A stretch of DNA of 63,633 nucleotides, the filler included, from Choristocarpus tenellus KU-1152 (taxonomy: Eukaryota; Protista; Phaeophyceae): the NCBI GenBank assembly GCA_964200185.2. It is 12 parts of 12 records of this genome, joined end to end, with 100 filler letters (N's around TTAATTAATTAA, not from the genome) between each part and the next. Parts side by side here need not be neighbours in the genome. Positions count along the whole stretch, not along the records: positions 60,055 to 63,633 come from CAXNAD020019145.1; 11 more parts are not named here. One strand, given 5' to 3'. The notes under the pieces were generated by a model, which saw only the letters and a list, made by a program, of their open reading frames with translations, made no database searches and had not been told where the DNA came from. This document shows positions 60,055-63,633 of this stretch, piece after piece. Position numbers and translations under genes: made by a program. How positions within the stretch are numbered: the stretch's first letter is position 1; the number at the start of each line of letters is the position of its first letter.

Positions 60055-63000
60055 CTCGCCTCGATAACTGACTGTAGAACTGTCAAGACCTTGGTAGGAA
60101 TCTTTTTGCCGTTCCCAACAAGTTTCTCGCAAGTCCAAGCAATACCCACCACGGGTTCCCAGCTTACGTCCTTAACTCGCTTCTGTTTCCCACCTCGCCC
60201 AGATCTATCACCAGCGTGCACCCAGCCTTCTACAAAACTACTTTTGCCTTATTTCTCAAGGGTCATAAACGCGGCGTTGTCACGTGTGTGGTCACTGGTC
60301 GGCCGAAGCCAGTGAATATCCACCCCACGCTCCCCATCCTCGCCGACGCACTCCGCTGGGATCTTGCCGACCAAGAGCGGCACCTCCGTTGCCACAAAAA
60401 AGGCAAACCTACCTTCCTGCACGGAGACGAGGTTTCCATGGTTCGCCGATGACAAGGTAGCACGAAGCCAACCCCGTTGACGGGAGCCAGGTTCTTCCTT
60501 GTCACTGTCCGATGAGGAAGAGTCTGTTTCCTTGAGCCCGCTGAGATCTTTGTCACCGATGACGAGATTATTTCCCCCACCTGAACGTTCGCCCTGGTCG
60601 TTGTCTTCGACATCGCTGGTACCAGTTCCAGCGCCATTGTCATGGGTAGCAAGCCAATGGACTGGGAGGTGCAACTCTCGTTCCCCCGTCGTTTGGAGAA
60701 GTCGCACAGACTCACTTTGCTCGTGTTTCGCTCTCTGAATGGCTTCATCGTCTGCGAAGGTGGAATCCATGAGCACGAGAACATCAACGGTATGGATGCA
60801 TGAATGTTACTTTGTTACCAGGCGTGAGGCTTCACGAATGCGCTCGGGGAGCATGCGGTGAGAGAGAGGGTGTATATTTCGTCGGAATCGTGTCTGTTGG
60901 GTACAAGACCGGTACCCTCAAAACATTTATGGGGAGTAATCTATGGTAATTTTTCATTGTGACATGCGACAATCACTACACATGAGAATGGAATATTTTT
61001 CAACTTTTTTTTTGTCATGGCTGTAAAGGCTGCCTCGTACAGAAGTTGCACCAGAATTTTTTGGTTGCCACCGAATACCAAAATTAGCCATCAACTCCCC
61101 TCACGAAAAAATCGACATACCCAATGGGTACGCAGCAGCGAGGCGCTCGTGCGATTCCTGATACCGTTGCTCCACCTTCAGGATGACGTCTTCGGGAATG
61201 CTCTTGAGCTGGTAAGGTGGTGCATCTTGGATACGAGGCGGGTGGTCGATGAAGAGGTCGTGCGGAGGGGCGTTGGGGTCGATAGCAAGGTCTCCGCCTA
61301 TCCCACTCCATTCGGTGCAGTACATGTATTGCTTTACGTTAACCTTCACCCGCCCATCACCGCCTTTTTCAACGCGAAAAGCCCTGTAGCTCGTGATTTT
61401 GGGGACAGGGTTGACCCGACCGCGAAGTAGTCCCTTGAAGTTTCCCTCGTTCCGTAGGGCCTTATAGTATACTGGAACCTCCGTGTAGGAGGCCTGCAGC
61501 TCTTCACCCAGCTGTGTTCTTGTGAATATGTTTTTGCCTTTTATACCACGTGAGAACCTGAAGGTGAAATACAAGCAAGTTAATTTTGAGGCGGGGGCGA
61601 AAGAAGCGAAGTGGATAAGAAGGATATATATGCAGACACATGCTCTGATGCATGTATATGGAAGTATAGATATAAAAAGGGGTGATGAATACATTTTTGT
61701 TTTGTTTTGTTTCGAGAGTGGGTTACGAAACAGTTTTGGCAGCTGCTCTTATCGTTCAATTTTGTTGTGGGGAAATCAAAAGCCAAATAATCAATTATAG
61801 TGTATGCCATAAACCTTCCAGGAATGCAATAAGTGTGAGCTGCAAGCCTCGAGGCTGTTTCTGAACGTATCAAAACACTATGTGGCTATCGAACTTGTAT
61901 ATCTTGCCTAATTACCTGGAGAAGATCTGATCGATTTTGATATGCGTGTGCCCCACCATCATAAAATGTATCTCGACCGCACAAATGACACTCGCCGCGA
62001 CTAACAGCCCCGCATTTCCGAGAAAGAAATTGTTCTTGTTCTCTGAGACACAGTTGTCGACCTGGCCAGTTTGGGGAGTTGGGAGCGAGGGAGGGATGGG
62101 CGTGAGGTCAATATGTCAGCCCATTTAGCCGCGTTTCGTGGAGGAACAGGGTATGTTTCCAGTATTGCTAGAGCGCAATCTCTACATCACCGCCACAATA
62201 CATGCAGGTTGCAACGCACAAACCAAAACTAAAGACTGTGCAGTTAGTTACTTGGTGACCGGTATTCAGCGAGTATGTTGTTGAGTAGGTCGTGTCAAGA
62301 TGAAACCTTCTTACCTGCCAATGTGCGTGCTGGATGATACAACTCCCCGCGTGATCGAGGCTGTTGTGGTACTTGTCGATAAGCCTTGTGAGGGTAAGGT
62401 GGGTGGCTGTGCAGACAAGGTTACAACCTGCGGGAACGATGATGTCCATTGTTAGTTGGAAAATAGTACCATGCTTAATTACGCATTGTTTAATTGGAGC
62501 TAAAAAGAGGGGTAATGTAATTTATTTTTGCAATGTAGAGCAAATATAATGATCTTCGTAAATCTGCCAGGAGCGTCATTCTGTTCGGACCTCGCCGCCG
62601 TTTGCAGAAGCGGCAAAGGAGGTAAATCTACCATCATCATCATCATCATCGCGAAGCGCTTTAGACATATGAAGTACATACTTTTGCTACCAATGTCAGA
62701 CCGGGCCCAGGGCCGCAGAGTAGGTGTACACGGCGTTGCAATAACAGTTATTGTGTCTTCCTTCGTAAAAGCGACGAAGAGTATCATAATCAACATTGTA
62801 GTCTCGACATAGTAAACGAAAAAAATAGTCCTTGGTACGAATCTTCACATGTTCTTTTAACAATAACATCAGACCGGTTAAAGTAATAAACATCCACCAC
62901 TCGAAATACTCCTTCGATCCACTTGTTCTACGTACTGCTGGGTCACACGGTTTGGAACTAACTCCAACACACGGTGCGGCCAACATGTCCACAACCAAGG

Positions 63001-63590
63001 GCAAAACCTACCTCTTCGTTCGTGGCGTAGATCACAATTGTGAACTTGTGAGACATGACCTGTCCGTATGTATCAGCCCAGTAGTCTATCCAGGACATCA
63101 CCAGGTCTCGTTTCGGAGCCATGTCCTTATCTTTGTTACACATAACTCCACGCTGGAGGGATCTCTAACTTGGTATATCAGACATCTAGGCGTGGTAACT
63201 GCAAAGTGAATGAGGTGAGTACAGTCGGATGACATTGTTCTGAGATAGGACTACTGTTTAATCATCAAGCAGGTGGGAGAATATACTGGGTACCAATAAC
63301 ACTGTGTACATACGTCAAACCCACCTCTCCATTCCGGTGGATGCTCTTGCTTTAGGTGTACCTTTGCAAGTGTCGATGACATTATTGGTTATTCCGGCCG
63401 CGAGCATAGATCCGCCTCCAGGTCCCAATTTTATCACAGGTACACAGTCGCCAACAAAATGCTTGTGATCGTGGCGGTTCTCACACGCCCGGATGATGTC
63501 CTGCTCCTTGGCCAACGTGCGTGCAAGGAAGGACTCACTATCTGCCGCGAACTTCTTCACACAGGCTAAGTGCTTGCAGCAGTCACCCTG
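60055..63590 (-). pseudogene. Multi-exon Sola/DUF7869-like DDD transposase gene, degenerate
   Basis: N-terminal CCKHLAC, WIDYWADTYG, EHVKIRTKDYF..CRD. Spliced core ...GCNLVCT...HAHWQ|VDNCVSENKNNFFLGNAGLLVAASVICAVEIHFMMVGHTHIKIDQIFSR|FSRGIK...ITSYRAFRVEKGGDGRVKVNVKQY (clean GT-AG exon 62061-61916). In-frame stops near 62696 and 60249. Confidence 0.7.
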
Positions 63591-63633
63591 TTTGTTGACC
63601 GGGATGGGTTCAGCCCATCCTCGGCGAAGCTTG

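Overview
Eukaryotic nuclear DNA from a fragmented draft assembly. Twelve contigs are joined by identical 100-bp artificial spacers (44 N + TTAATTAATTAA + 44 N), so neighbouring contigs are not necessarily linked. Long spliceosomal introns with CTAAC/CTGAC-type branch points, frequent intronic (TTAGGG)n tracts and Gly-rich exon insertions suggest a stramenopile, probably a brown alga (inference only). Host genes reconstructed exon by exon are: an ABCC/MRP transporter (partial), HIRA (3' part), a P5A-ATPase (3' part), a TPR-like exon, an MSP1/ATAD1-like AAA ATPase (partial), a two-exon RDH12/WWOX-like SDR and a PDIA6/P5 disulfide isomerase (5' part). The rest is rich in DNA-transposon material: decayed piggyBac, PIF/Harbinger, plant-type mariner, Sola/DUF7869-like and possibly MULE transposases, a non-autonomous hAT element with an 8-bp TSD, and three MITE families (A ~177 bp, B ~260 bp, C ~260 bp) with related termini. 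The most notable observations are: (1) MITE families A and B share a bipartite end structure, and MITE pieces sit at 8 contig ends; (2) family B carries an internal hairpin with compensatory base changes between copies; (3) two filled-versus-empty comparisons show short telomeric TTAGGG tracts inserted de novo into internal repeats; (4) a GC-AG intron in the P5A-ATPase rebuilds a perfect CAG|GTAAGT donor at the exon junction once spliced. I found no clear novel multi-gene system.
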